From: Spirochaetia bacterium
GTDB taxonomy: Bacteria; Spirochaetota; Spirochaetia; UBA9216
NCBI GenBank assembly: GCA_963677925.2
Contig: CAXXYH010000001.1
Location: 64,001 to 128,000 of the forward strand
Length of the DNA stretch: 64,000 nt
Direction: 5' to 3'
Below are positions 9,262 through 19,390 of the stretch, in pieces. The position numbers were made by a program, and so were the translations under genes. The notes under the pieces are model-generated. The model saw only the letters and a program-made list of their open reading frames with translations, did no database searches and was not told the origin of the DNA. Every line of letters begins with the position of its first letter. Position 1 is the first letter of the stretch.

Positions 9262-11058
9262 CTACCCCGCTTCAATTTCATCCCCGGTGAAGTGACTCAC
9301 ATGTGCGGTGAGGGTTTCAGTAATCTGCATGTTTTTTCTGCCGTTGATTTCAAGCTGTTTTGTAAGGTCAAACAGATTTCCGCTTTCATCTCTAATAATA
9401 TCAAGATCGCTTACCGCTGTATTAAAACCGCCTTTAAGTTCCGCCGCTGATACTCTTATTTTTTTAATGTAGTCATCGATATATTCAGCAGACCCGGTAA
9501 TATTATCATTTGCTGTTTTCAGTTTTTGAAACTCTCTGTTGACTGTTGTTCCCTTATCTTCTGTTGCAGAAAGTGATTCAGAAGTTAGTGTCATTTTACT
9601 GTTAACCTCGCCGGAGATTTTTTCAATCTTTCCAAAAATATGGCGGTTTTCACTGCTGACACTCTTTAAACTATCTATTGAATCAATTATCAGCTGCAGC
9701 TTATTTCTGGTTTCATCTGACCCCTTCTTGACCTTGAGTGCAAGAGCGGATATCTCCTTTGAAACAACTTTAAATCCGTGGCCGTACTGCCCGGCTCTTG
9801 ATGCTTCAATGGCAGCGTTAATGCTTAAAATGTTTATTTCTGCCGATACATTCTCCATAAGTTCATTTATCGCCCGTATAGTGCCAGCCTGTTCGGCAAT
9901 GCGGATTGTCTGATTATCAAGAGTACTCACAAGTCCTGAGCCCCTTGTCGTTTCAGATTTTAAAATCTCAGAAAGCTCCCTGCTTTCATTTCCAAAGATT
10001 TTTACCCTGCCGAGCTCTGCATGCATCTTTTCCATTTCTGAAACCGTGTGCAGAAAGATTTCAGACTGCTTTCGGGCATCAGAAGTTAGATTTGCAGCGT
10101 TATGAGAAATTGTTTCTATGGATTCGGATATACTCATTACGGCTTCATTAATAATACTGAAAAAATCATACAGGTTCTCACTGGTTGTTTTTAAGGAGGA
10201 TGATGTATTGAAATTCTTTAATATATTCTGTTCCAGGTCTCCGCTCAGTTCGGAAGTGATTCTGATAGCAGAGAACAGCACTTCAAGCATTCTGCTGAGA
10301 TTGTCCGAGAAGTTATTAAAATTTTCCCGCAGGATGCCCAGTTCATCCTTTCCTGTTGATTTAAATCTGAACTTAAGGCCTTCACCGCCTTCTGACAGCT
10401 TGCGTATTTCATCTCCCGTGGTTTTTATAGTTCCGATAACAGAATTTCTGAAATAAAATATTGAAAAAACAAGACCGGACAGAATCAAAACAAATATAGC
10501 GATAAAAATAATTCTGAAATTGCGTACATCATTTTCAATAGTTTTTAAAATATCCAGTTTAATCAGCCGGATATCAGAGAAATATCTGTTAAGTCCGTTT
10601 TTCAGTTTGTTATAGCTGTCGGTCAGGACAGCTGTGGTATTTACAGGATCGATAGCCTGATTATTGTTTATTTTCAGTATCAGCTCTTCCTGAATGACTG
10701 TATAAAGATTTGAAATATCAATAATGAGCTGTTCACTGCCATTAAAATTAAAATCCCTGCTTTCATCTAAAAGGTTTTCGATCGTCTGTTTCAGACGTGA
10801 ATTGGTAAGTTTATATTCAACTAGTATTTCGCCTCCGACAGAACCCTCCTGAGTAAGAAGTATCCGGTAGCCCTGATTAAGCTGGAGCAGAAGAAGGTTT
10901 TCACTTTCCTGTAGCGAACTGATGTACTCATCAATGTGCTGCTGTTCATTTATTGACTTAACGGTAAGCGACATGAATAAAAATGAAAAAGCAAGCAGAG
11001 TTAAAAATCCGCTCAGTATTAAAATACTGAGCAGATTATATTTTGTCGTGATTTTCAT
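9262..11058 (-). CDS. Methyl-accepting chemotaxis protein
   Basis: Two TMs, HAMP-like segment (DELGILRENFN), signalling tip INILSINAAIEASRAGQYGHGFKVVS. Confidence 0.85.
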   Translation of the reverse strand: MKITTKYNLLSILILSGFLTLLAFSFLFMSLTVKSINEQQHIDEYISSLQESENLLLLQLNQGYRILLTQEGSVGGEILVEYKLTNSRLKQTIENLLDESRDFNFNGSEQLIIDISNLYTVIQEELILKINNNQAIDPVNTTAVLTDSYNKLKNGLNRYFSDIRLIKLDILKTIENDVRNFRIIFIAIFVLILSGLVFSIFYFRNSVIGTIKTTGDEIRKLSEGGEGLKFRFKSTGKDELGILRENFNNFSDNLSRMLEVLFSAIRITSELSGDLEQNILKNFNTSSSLKTTSENLYDFFSIINEAVMSISESIETISHNAANLTSDARKQSEIFLHTVSEMEKMHAELGRVKIFGNESRELSEILKSETTRGSGLVSTLDNQTIRIAEQAGTIRAINELMENVSAEINILSINAAIEASRAGQYGHGFKVVSKEISALALKVKKGSDETRNKLQLIIDSIDSLKSVSSENRHIFGKIEKISGEVNSKMTLTSESLSATEDKGTTVNREFQKLKTANDNITGSAEYIDDYIKKIRVSAAELKGGFNTAVSDLDIIRDESGNLFDLTKQLEINGRKNMQITETLTAHVSHFTGDEIEAG

Positions 11059-11120
11059 TACTTAATTGCTAATGAAAAAGACCTGTATTTTTATTAGATT
11101 TTGGTTAGAGTTCGGTTAAT

Positions 11121-11627
11121 TCAAAGGCTGTTTACAGCCTCCAGCGCCTTGGCGTAATCAGGCTCCTGTGCAATTTCCGGAACCTGTTCTGTGTAGACAA
11201 CCTTTCCTTCACCGTCCAGGACAACCACAGCCCTTGAAAGCAGTCCTGCAAGCGGTCCGTCGGTCATAAGTACACCGTAATCCTTCCCAAACTCAGGATT
11301 TCTGAATACTGAGAGTGATTCAACTTTTTCAAGACCCTCTGTTGTGCAGAATCTTGAATGTGCAAAAGGAAGGTCCGCCGAAATACAGAGAACTGAAGTA
11401 TTGTCGAGCTTGTTAAGTTCAGCATTGAATTTTCGTACCGAGGTGGCACATACCGATGTATCAAGACTTGGAAAGATATTGAGAATGACCTTTTTACCCT
11501 TGTAGTCTGATAATCCTGCAGTCGATAGATCATTTTTTACAAGCTCGAATGCAGGTGCTGAGGCTCCTGCTGCAGGCAGACTGCCTGAAGTATTTATTTT
11601 ATTGCCTTTAAATGTTATTTCCGCCAT
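11121..11627 (-). CDS. tpx: Thiol peroxidase (atypical 2-Cys peroxiredoxin)
   Basis: FPSLDTSVC and SADLPFAHSRFC motifs. Confidence 0.95.
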   Translation of the reverse strand: MAEITFKGNKINTSGSLPAAGASAPAFELVKNDLSTAGLSDYKGKKVILNIFPSLDTSVCATSVRKFNAELNKLDNTSVLCISADLPFAHSRFCTTEGLEKVESLSVFRNPEFGKDYGVLMTDGPLAGLLSRAVVVLDGEGKVVYTEQVPEIAQEPDYAKALEAVNSL

Positions 11628-11735
11628 AAATTAACTCCTATAATTTATTTATAAATAAAGGATAATACCGCGGAAAGCCGCAGTAAACATAAATCATGGA
11701 TAAATTGTGAATCTGCTGTTATAATTCGGTCTATT

Positions 11736-12956
11736 ATGAAAGCGTATTCTTCAAACATCGGTAAAAATTATCTATTTACATTTTTCTCAAATATAAACTT
11801 TACACACGGGCTATGGTTAATATTTCTTGCTCTCCGCGGATTCAGCCTTACAGAAATAGCGCTGCTTGAGAGTATTTTTCATATCAGCTCCCTGATTTTT
11901 GAAGTACCGTCCGGTGCAATAGCAGATATCTTCGGCCGGAAATACTGCCGAATTGCCGGCCGTTTTCTTTTTATTATCAGCCTGTTTATCATGTTTTATG
12001 CCGGAACATTTATTTTACAGGCAGTCGGTTTTATGCTTACAGCCTTCAGCTATAATCTTGAATCGGGAGCAGGTGAAGCCTTCGTATATGATTCAATGAA
12101 GCTCGACGGAAACGAATCGAAGTATATTCATACCGCAGGCAGAATAGAACTTTTCTATCAGCTTGCTACAATTATTTCATTTTTTGTCGGCGGATTCCTT
12201 GCCACCGGTCCAGGGTACATTTATGTTTTCTACCTAAGCGCGCTTTTCAGTCTGGCAGCATTAATCACAGGTCTGGGTTTCAGGGAACCGGAAATTACTG
12301 AGCATAAAGAGCAGGAACACCGAAGCATGCTCAAAGTGCTCAGGGACAGTGCCGTAATTCTTAAAAGCAGACCTAAAATAATATATTTAATTGTGTTCAC
12401 TGAGACTATATTTGTATTCTCAACAAGCCTTTTTTTCTATCTTCAGAATTTTCTGAAAATTTCCGGACGAACTGAATTTTATATAGGCAGTTTCTATTCA
12501 ATTTCTGCGGTTTTTGCTGCAGTTTCCGCCTTTTACGGCGGCAGAATAGAAGCAAGGATCGGAGAGAAAAACGTTATGCGCTACCTCCCGCTTCTGCTGG
12601 TTTTTATCATGTGGGGAGTATTTCTGACGGATTACAAGGAGTATTTCTTTGTTCTGACCGGTCTGATAGAGGGTATACTGATAGTAGCCGTTTCCAATTA
12701 TATTAACAGGCTTATACCCTCTGAACTGCGTGCGACCATACTATCAGTACAGAGTATGTATTTCAGTTTTCTCATGATTATATTATTTCCATTACTCGGT
12801 TATATTGCAGAAAGTTTTTCATTTCAGACAATTTTTCTGCTCATGGCGCTTCTAACATCAGGCCTTACTCTAGCCTACTATTTTGCGGTGGTCTACGGCA
12901 GCCGTTTTCTCAACAGGGATGATACGGCCAGCGCTGCAGATGAAAATGCAAACTGA
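11736..12956 (+). CDS. MFS transporter
   Basis: About 12 TMs; FEVPSGAIADIFGRK (motif A) and SGAGEAFVYD. Confidence 0.85.
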   Translation: MKAYSSNIGKNYLFTFFSNINFTHGLWLIFLALRGFSLTEIALLESIFHISSLIFEVPSGAIADIFGRKYCRIAGRFLFIISLFIMFYAGTFILQAVGFMLTAFSYNLESGAGEAFVYDSMKLDGNESKYIHTAGRIELFYQLATIISFFVGGFLATGPGYIYVFYLSALFSLAALITGLGFREPEITEHKEQEHRSMLKVLRDSAVILKSRPKIIYLIVFTETIFVFSTSLFFYLQNFLKISGRTEFYIGSFYSISAVFAAVSAFYGGRIEARIGEKNVMRYLPLLLVFIMWGVFLTDYKEYFFVLTGLIEGILIVAVSNYINRLIPSELRATILSVQSMYFSFLMIILFPLLGYIAESFSFQTIFLLMALLTSGLTLAYYFAVVYGSRFLNRDDTASAADENAN

Positions 12957-14119
12957 ATATTATAGCCTCCGCTGTCGCCGTCAACATCAATAATTTCACC
13001 TGCAAAATACAGCCCGGGTGCTATTCTTGATTCCATTGTCCGGCGGTCAATTTCATCTGTAGAAACTCCGCCGGCAGTGCACATAGCGGTTTTTTTTATC
13101 AGCTGCTCAATTTTAAGCTCAAGCGACATAATACAGTTTATTATCTGCTTTCGCTCTTTTCCCGAAACTTCCGCACTCTTTTTATCTGAGGGAATTCCGG
13201 CTGTTTTCAAGAGAAAAGAAATCAGGCTCTCTGGAAGCCCGATGGAAGTTAAAGTGTTTTTTAGAAGCTTTTTTCCGTTTTCCCGAAGACTAGTATCAAT
13301 GAGCTCTGAGACTTCCTCCCTGCTGCTTTCAGGACTAAAATTAACGCTGATTATATCGCCGGGTAGAAAATCACGGCTGTTGTCTATGATAACCGGTCCG
13401 GATACTCCTGTATGAGTAAAAAGCATTCGGCCGCTGAAGCGGCCTGTTTTTCTACCGTCTCTGAAGAGGCTTATTTCAGTATCACAGGCAATTCCAGCTA
13501 TTTCTGCAGTGCTGGAATCTGAAATTTTCACTGCTGCAAGTGACGGCCGGGCTTCTGAAATTTTATGACCCAGGCCGCGGCTGAGCAGATAGCCGTCTCC
13601 CCTAGAACCGGTTGATGGATAGGTAAAACCGCCTGCGGCGAGCAGAATATTACTGCTTCTTAAATTCTCAGTATCTGTTTTAACGGTGAAATGCTTATCC
13701 GAATATTCTATTCCGGTTACTCTCCGGTTTGTTTCAATTTCTGCTCCGGCTGTGCTGCATGCTTTAAGAAGCGTTTCAAGTATATCTCTGCTCCGTTCAC
13801 TGACCGGAAAAACTTTACCGTCCTCTCTGGAGAAAAGCGGAGTATTGTGTTCTGTAAAAAAATTAATGAGCGCTCTGTTATCGAAATGCATCAAGGCATT
13901 TTTTACAAAATTATTTTTTCTTCCGTATCTGCTGAAAAAATCCTGAATTGGTGCGGAATTGGTAAGGTTGCATTTACCCTCCCCGCTTATCAGCAGTTTT
14001 TTCCCCGGGCTTTTTTCACCCTCAAGAATCAGCGTTTTGACTCCTGCCTGTGCGGCAAGAATACCGGCAAACAAACCGGCCGGACCTGCACCTGTTATAA
14101 TAAATTCATATTCTTTCAT
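12893..14119 (-). CDS. HI0933/BaiN-family flavoprotein oxidoreductase
   Basis: Likely start MKEYEFIITGAGPAG at 14119; GKKLLISGEGKCNLTN, LFTHTGVSGP and GGYNIQFAFSS motifs. Confidence 0.9.
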   Translation of the reverse strand: MKEYEFIITGAGPAGLFAGILAAQAGVKTLILEGEKSPGKKLLISGEGKCNLTNSAPIQDFFSRYGRKNNFVKNALMHFDNRALINFFTEHNTPLFSREDGKVFPVSERSRDILETLLKACSTAGAEIETNRRVTGIEYSDKHFTVKTDTENLRSSNILLAAGGFTYPSTGSRGDGYLLSRGLGHKISEARPSLAAVKISDSSTAEIAGIACDTEISLFRDGRKTGRFSGRMLFTHTGVSGPVIIDNSRDFLPGDIISVNFSPESSREEVSELIDTSLRENGKKLLKNTLTSIGLPESLISFLLKTAGIPSDKKSAEVSGKERKQIINCIMSLELKIEQLIKKTAMCTAGGVSTDEIDRRTMESRIAPGLYFAGEIIDVDGDSGGYNIQFAFSSAALAVSSLLRKRLP

Positions 14120-14139
14120 TTCAGTGTTATTATTGTATG

Positions 14140-14703
14140 ATGAAGAAAAAAAGATGTCCATGGTGCGGTGATGATGAACTGTACTGTCAATACCACGATA
14201 CAGAATGGGGTGTGCCGGTACATGATGATAGGAAACTGTTTGAACTGCTAATACTCGAAGGGGCACAGGCAGGCTTAAGCTGGATAACAGTGCTGCGGAA
14301 ACGCGAGGCTTACAGAGAGGCTTTTGATTATTTTGATTATGAAAAAATTGCAGCCTACTCTGATGAAAAAGTAGCAAGTCTGCTGCAGAACCCGGGAATT
14401 ATCCGTAACCGCCTTAAGATCAATTCAGCTGTTACAAATGCCAGGAACTTTCTGCGTATTCAGCATGAGTTCGGCAGTTTCGACAGCTATATCTGGCAGT
14501 TTACCGGCGGGAAAACAATTAAAAACCGTTTTGAAGATATTTCTGAAGTTCCGGCTACCAGTTCTGAGTCAGATGCAATGAGCGGAGCTCTAAAAAAACA
14601 GGGATTCAAGTTTATAGGCAGTACTATCTGTTATGCTTATATGCAATCGGCCGGTATGGTGAATGATCACCTGACAGAATGCTTCAGATATGATGAGGTC
14701 TAG
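14140..14703 (+). CDS. tag: DNA-3-methyladenine glycosylase I
   Basis: RCPW, YHDTEWG, LEGAQAGLSW, IIRNRLKI and NDHLTEC motifs. Confidence 0.95.
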   Translation: MKKKRCPWCGDDELYCQYHDTEWGVPVHDDRKLFELLILEGAQAGLSWITVLRKREAYREAFDYFDYEKIAAYSDEKVASLLQNPGIIRNRLKINSAVTNARNFLRIQHEFGSFDSYIWQFTGGKTIKNRFEDISEVPATSSESDAMSGALKKQGFKFIGSTICYAYMQSAGMVNDHLTECFRYDEV

Positions 14704-15685
14704 GCTTTTCTCTTATATAAGTCTTTTAATTTCAGTGACAGTACTGCTTATTTTTATGCAGGCCTGCACCGGCTTGTATGTTAAGACTGGAAACAGTGAT
14801 ATCACGGAGCTTAATTCAGTAAGAGTCGGGAGCAGTTCCGGCTCTGATTACAGAACAATCTCTGAGGCTCTGGAAACAGCAGAAGGCGGAATCACTTATT
14901 TTATTCTGTCTGATGAAATCTATACTGAGAGCGGACTTACAGTTGACCGCAGAGCCGTACTGATTGGACAGAGCCCTGAGAAGACAGTAATTCAGGGAGC
15001 CTCAGAGAAGATGGCAGGTCCTGACAGGATTTTCACCGTAGCAGAAAGCGGGGTTCTTGTTATCAGGGATTTAAGTATCCGTAACGGCTATGCGCGTGAA
15101 ATCCTGCGCAGAGGCGGAGGGATTCTTAATCTGGGACGCCTGAGCGCCGAAAACTGCTTAATTCACGGCAATGCAGCACTGTACGGAGCGGGAATCGATA
15201 ACCGGGGTACGGCTCATCTGAGTTCCTGCACAGTATCAGGGAATATGGGCTTAAAGAGGCTTCCTGCCGAACTTACCAGCGGTATTGGCTGCACCGGAAG
15301 CGGTGGCGGAATTAAAAACGAACCCGGCGGATTTCTTTACATGTCCGACTGTATTGTTTCAGGTAATTCAACCAACCGTAAAGGCGGCGGGCTTTTTATT
15401 GCCTGTGATTCTTCCGCGGTTATCGAAAGATGCCGTTTCACTGATAATTCTGCCAGGATAAACGGCGGAGGAATATTCAGCAAGGGGAATATGGTGCTCA
15501 AAGAATCTCTAATATCAGCGAACACAGCAATGGCTGAAACAGGTGGAGTTTTTAACACCGGTATTGCTGATATTATATCAACAACAATTACAGAAAATTC
15601 ACCGCGTGATTTCACAGACGGAAACGGCGGCGGTTTTTATGGTAACGGTTTTACCGGAATATTTAACGGAAACCGGATAGAATAG
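14690..15685 (+). CDS. Putative lipoprotein with right-handed beta-helix (pectin-lyase/Pmp-like GGGI repeats)
   Basis: Hydrophobic signal ending MQAC; repeated GGGIxN / NxA turns. Confidence 0.65.
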   Translation: MMRSRLFSYISLLISVTVLLIFMQACTGLYVKTGNSDITELNSVRVGSSSGSDYRTISEALETAEGGITYFILSDEIYTESGLTVDRRAVLIGQSPEKTVIQGASEKMAGPDRIFTVAESGVLVIRDLSIRNGYAREILRRGGGILNLGRLSAENCLIHGNAALYGAGIDNRGTAHLSSCTVSGNMGLKRLPAELTSGIGCTGSGGGIKNEPGGFLYMSDCIVSGNSTNRKGGGLFIACDSSAVIERCRFTDNSARINGGGIFSKGNMVLKESLISANTAMAETGGVFNTGIADIISTTITENSPRDFTDGNGGGFYGNGFTGIFNGNRIE

Positions 15686-15763
15686 TTAAATAATTATTAT
15701 ATTACACATTTTGTCGGGTAAAAATATAAGAAATTTACTATACAAGTATTCCCTTATCAGCCG

Positions 15764-15821
15764 ATAGAGTATATAGTGTTCGTCACTAAGTTATTTTTAA
15801 AAAAGGCGCTATATATAGCGT
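15764..15821 (+). promoter_or_regulatory. Tandem NrdR-box-like operators upstream of nrdJ
   Basis: GCGCTATATATAGCGT (15806-15821) and a weaker ATAGAGTATATAGTGT (15764-15779) resemble acaCwAtATaTwGtgt and lie 42 bp apart. Confidence 0.7.
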
Positions 15822-15833
15822 GGGAGGGACTAA

Positions 15834-18074
15834 ATGTCAGACTGGAAATGGCAGCAGCCGATAAGTGAAGAAATTTTCAGGGCGAAATACTGTCTTCACG
15901 GTGAAAATACTGCAGAAGAAGTCTTTAAAGGCATATCTGAAGAGGTCTCCTCAGTAGAGGAAGACAGAGAACAGTGGAAAACGAAATTTTACGATGAGCT
16001 GATAAACGGCAGACTTATGCCGGCGGGACGTATTCTTGCTAATGCAAGACCGGACAGTCCTATGAAAAACTATAATAACTGCTTTACGATAGATATTGAA
16101 GATTCAATGGAAGGTATCTACGACTCATTAAAAGAAGATGCCATGATAAGCAAGATGGGCGGCGGTGTCGGCTTTGATATTTCAAAACTGAGGCCGAAAG
16201 GTGCTCCGATTACCGGTGGGAGTCAGTCATCCGGAGTTATTTCATTTCTGCGAATATTCGATCAGTCGGCAAAAACGATTGTAACCGGCGGACAGAGACG
16301 TTCCGCGCATATTGCGCTTCTGGATATATCTCATCCTGAAATTGAAGAGTTTATTACTGTCAAGAAGGGCGATCAGAACAAAGAGCTTACACAGTTCAAT
16401 ATATCTGTAAAGGTAAGTGATGATTTCATCACTGCCGTAAAAGAAGATACAGACTGGGACCTTGTATTCGACGGAGAGGTTTATAAAACTGTCCGTGCAA
16501 GAGATCTTTATGATCTGCTGGCAAAAAACGCCTATACACACAACGAACCTGGGATTTTTTATACCGACACTGTTGAACGATACAACAACGGGTACTGGGC
16601 TTTTAAAATGGACAGGGTTAACCCCTGCGGAGAGCTGGTTATGCCGCCCTACTCGCTATGCTGTCTTTCCGCAGTCAATCTGCTGCATTTTGTTGAAAAC
16701 CCTTTTACAGAGAATGCTAAGTTCAGCTTTAAACGGTTCGCTGAAACCGTAAAAATCGGTGTAAGATTTCTTGATAATATTCTTGATCTTACCGCTTATC
16801 CTCTGGAAAAGATTGAAACCTTTTCAAAGAAGTGGCGGCGTATCGGGCTGGGTATTACAGGGCTCGGCGATATGTTTACAATGCTGGGAATAAAATACGG
16901 TTCACCTGAATCACGGGAACTTGTTGAAGAAATCGGAATGACGCTGAGAAACGAATCGTATGCTGCCAGTGCAGAGCTTGCAGGCGAAAAGGGTGCTTTT
17001 CCTTCATTTGATACAGAAAAATATCTTGCAGCAGAATTTGTAAAGCAGCTTCCAGCGCAGGTTCAGGAGCTTATCAGGAAAAACGGAATCCGTAATGTAC
17101 AGATGAATACAATAGCGCCTACAGGAACAACCTCACTTTCTGTTGGACAGAACTGTTCTTCCGGTATCGAGCCGATCTTCGCCCTCACCTACAACCGGAC
17201 AATCCGGACAGGTCATGATGATGAAACAACTACCGAAGAAGTATCAGACTATGCATATAATATGTACAGGGAGATTACCGGTAAAACTGATGTTCCTGAA
17301 TATTTCGTAACCACCATGGATATTGACCCCTATGAATCTATAGAGGTACAGGCGGCCTTTCAGAAGTATATCGACCACAGTATCTCAAAGACTCTTAATC
17401 TGCCTTCAGGCACCAGTTTTGAGAGTTACAAGGACCTTTTTATGTATGCCTATGACCGGGGGCTTAAAGGCTTCACAACCTTCAATCCGGAAGGAAGCAT
17501 GAAGGGAATACTTGAATATCAGAATATGGACAAGGAAGAACCTATCCATTCCCATCACGCCCCTAAAAGACCGAAGGATTTGCAATGTGATATCCACAGA
17601 GTCCGCGCAGGACGTGAAAGTATCATTGTTATCGCCGGTAAGATGAAAAACAGCCTGTACGAGCTTTTTGTAATAGATGATCCTGAATCAAGGATAGATG
17701 TGGAGACAGATCATAAGACTATTGTCCGTAAGGAACCTGACGGAAGATTTGATCTTATTTACGTAAACGGCGGTGAAGAAGTTAAACTGCAGGATTTTAC
17801 CAGGCAGTTTGATTCTCCGAACAGTTCTCTTGCAAGATTTATCTCGATGGCTCTCAGGCATGGGACCCCGCTGCAGTTTGTAATAAATCAGCTGCAGAAG
17901 GATACAAACTTTACTGATTTTGAAAGAAGTGTCGCAAGAGTTCTTAAGAAGTATATTCAGGATGGTGAAGAAGTTATCACATCTGACGGTGAGTGTCCTG
18001 AATGCACCAGCAGGCTTACATTTGCCGACGGCTGTATAACCTGCTTTAACTGCGGTTACAGCCGCTGCGGCTGA
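15834..18074 (+). CDS. nrdJ: Adenosylcobalamin-dependent (class II) ribonucleotide reductase
   Basis: NCF, GGGVG, NPCGE, APTGT and SSGIEP motifs; C-terminal CPEC...CFNCGYSRC Zn ribbon; no ATP cone; no beta subunit nearby. Confidence 0.92.
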   Translation: MSDWKWQQPISEEIFRAKYCLHGENTAEEVFKGISEEVSSVEEDREQWKTKFYDELINGRLMPAGRILANARPDSPMKNYNNCFTIDIEDSMEGIYDSLKEDAMISKMGGGVGFDISKLRPKGAPITGGSQSSGVISFLRIFDQSAKTIVTGGQRRSAHIALLDISHPEIEEFITVKKGDQNKELTQFNISVKVSDDFITAVKEDTDWDLVFDGEVYKTVRARDLYDLLAKNAYTHNEPGIFYTDTVERYNNGYWAFKMDRVNPCGELVMPPYSLCCLSAVNLLHFVENPFTENAKFSFKRFAETVKIGVRFLDNILDLTAYPLEKIETFSKKWRRIGLGITGLGDMFTMLGIKYGSPESRELVEEIGMTLRNESYAASAELAGEKGAFPSFDTEKYLAAEFVKQLPAQVQELIRKNGIRNVQMNTIAPTGTTSLSVGQNCSSGIEPIFALTYNRTIRTGHDDETTTEEVSDYAYNMYREITGKTDVPEYFVTTMDIDPYESIEVQAAFQKYIDHSISKTLNLPSGTSFESYKDLFMYAYDRGLKGFTTFNPEGSMKGILEYQNMDKEEPIHSHHAPKRPKDLQCDIHRVRAGRESIIVIAGKMKNSLYELFVIDDPESRIDVETDHKTIVRKEPDGRFDLIYVNGGEEVKLQDFTRQFDSPNSSLARFISMALRHGTPLQFVINQLQKDTNFTDFERSVARVLKKYIQDGEEVITSDGECPECTSRLTFADGCITCFNCGYSRCG

Positions 18075-18141
18075 TATTGTTGTAAGTAAGCTTTGTGTAA
18101 ATTCCGGATGATTTTGCGCAAAGTGATTGTTAATAGCACAT

Positions 18142-18179
18142 GGGCTTCTGTGGTTTCAGGACTGCAGAAGCTCTTTTTT
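18142..18179 (+). terminator. Intrinsic terminator after nrdJ
   Basis: GGGCTTCTGTGG...CTGCAGAAGCTC hairpin followed by a T-tract. Confidence 0.65.
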
Positions 18180-19390
18180 CAGATTATATCGCCGGATGAT
18201 TCCGACAGGCTCAGCAGACCCAAGTAGCGGTCATAGCATTCGACTGTGACTATTTTAAGAAGGCTGTTAATTCTCATGATTATCTGATTTCCGCCGCAGG
18301 CTGCAGCAATTCCGGTAAAATCATTGAAAACCCGTTTCATTTTATTATCAAGCTCATCATCAGTAAGTGTGATTTGAATCATATCGTCACTAAGTTCATC
18401 AACTACATTATCAACCGCAAGCCCTTTCCCGTCTTTAAACTTTATTTCATTGCGCTGTTCATCACGTATATCGAAGATCAGCTGTGTATAATCAATTCTG
18501 TTTTTCTTAAGAAAGGCTGCAGTGTGAAGGCCCTCATTCAGATCAGTGGGTAATCCATCGGTGAAAAGAATGATTTTATTGTGGATATCCGGTTCTCTGA
18601 AGTGCAGAACCTTTTTCATGAATGATGAATATGACGTATTACCGCGTGTAACGCCAGCAGCTTCAATAGGAAATCCTACCGGCCGGCATTCATCACTGAA
18701 AGCGTAAAAATTGAATTTGGTACCCGGAGCCATTTTAGAATAGAAGTCAGTAAAGTAAGCGACAGTATCAAGTACAATTCCGAGTTTACCGCATGAATCC
18801 ATACTTTTAGAAAAATCAATCACAATATGAAGAAGGACGTCTTTATCTTCAGGTATATTGAATTTGCTCTGAAGTCTGCCTGTGAATAAATCGGCAAAAG
18901 AAAGGCTTAGATCGATATCTGAAAGAAAAGATGGAACGGAATCCAGATCAGCATCAAGGGCGTACATATAGGAAAAAGAATTATAAATGTCCTTAAGTAG
19001 AAAATCCTGTTCGATAAATTCAGAGTTCAGCAGAGGCATTGTATAATCGCCCTTTGATTCATGTCCGCTGAGCAGCAGCTTCTTGCCTGCTGCAAAATCC
19101 TCCCTAAGCCTGTTGAATACAGTTCTGTTTTCTTCAGCCTCATTGAGCCGCTCTGTAAGATCTTCGGGATGGAAATTATAAAGGGCTTCTGCCGCAAGAA
19201 CGTCCCTGTCTTTCAGAAACTGATATTTTGTCTGCAGGTTCTTTATCAGACCTGCTGATAATACCGGAAAATTCAGAAGCTCCGGGATTGGATTATCATT
19301 AATGGACACCCCTGATATTATTATCATTCCGGGTTTTAGATGTGCCCATCTTACTTTCTGCAGTTTGCCTAATCCGTCAAGTCTGAACAT
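18179..19390 (-). CDS. VWA-domain protein (MIDAS intact)
   Basis: IVIDFSKSM (DxSxS), GNTS and LFTDG; N-terminal half uncharacterised. Confidence 0.75.
   Translation of the reverse strand: MFRLDGLGKLQKVRWAHLKPGMIIISGVSINDNPIPELLNFPVLSAGLIKNLQTKYQFLKDRDVLAAEALYNFHPEDLTERLNEAEENRTVFNRLREDFAAGKKLLLSGHESKGDYTMPLLNSEFIEQDFLLKDIYNSFSYMYALDADLDSVPSFLSDIDLSLSFADLFTGRLQSKFNIPEDKDVLLHIVIDFSKSMDSCGKLGIVLDTVAYFTDFYSKMAPGTKFNFYAFSDECRPVGFPIEAAGVTRGNTSYSSFMKKVLHFREPDIHNKIILFTDGLPTDLNEGLHTAAFLKKNRIDYTQLIFDIRDEQRNEIKFKDGKGLAVDNVVDELSDDMIQITLTDDELDNKMKRVFNDFTGIAAACGGNQIIMRINSLLKIVTVECYDRYLGLLSLSESSGDII

Noticed and set aside
14120-14377. N-terminal extension of the HI0933 ORF given in the track
   Set aside because: It overlaps tag on the opposite strand; the FAD-binding motif places the real start at 14119.
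15686-15833. Cobalamin riboswitch upstream of nrdJ
   Set aside because: The region is short and AT-rich with no B12-box; NrdR-like boxes explain it.
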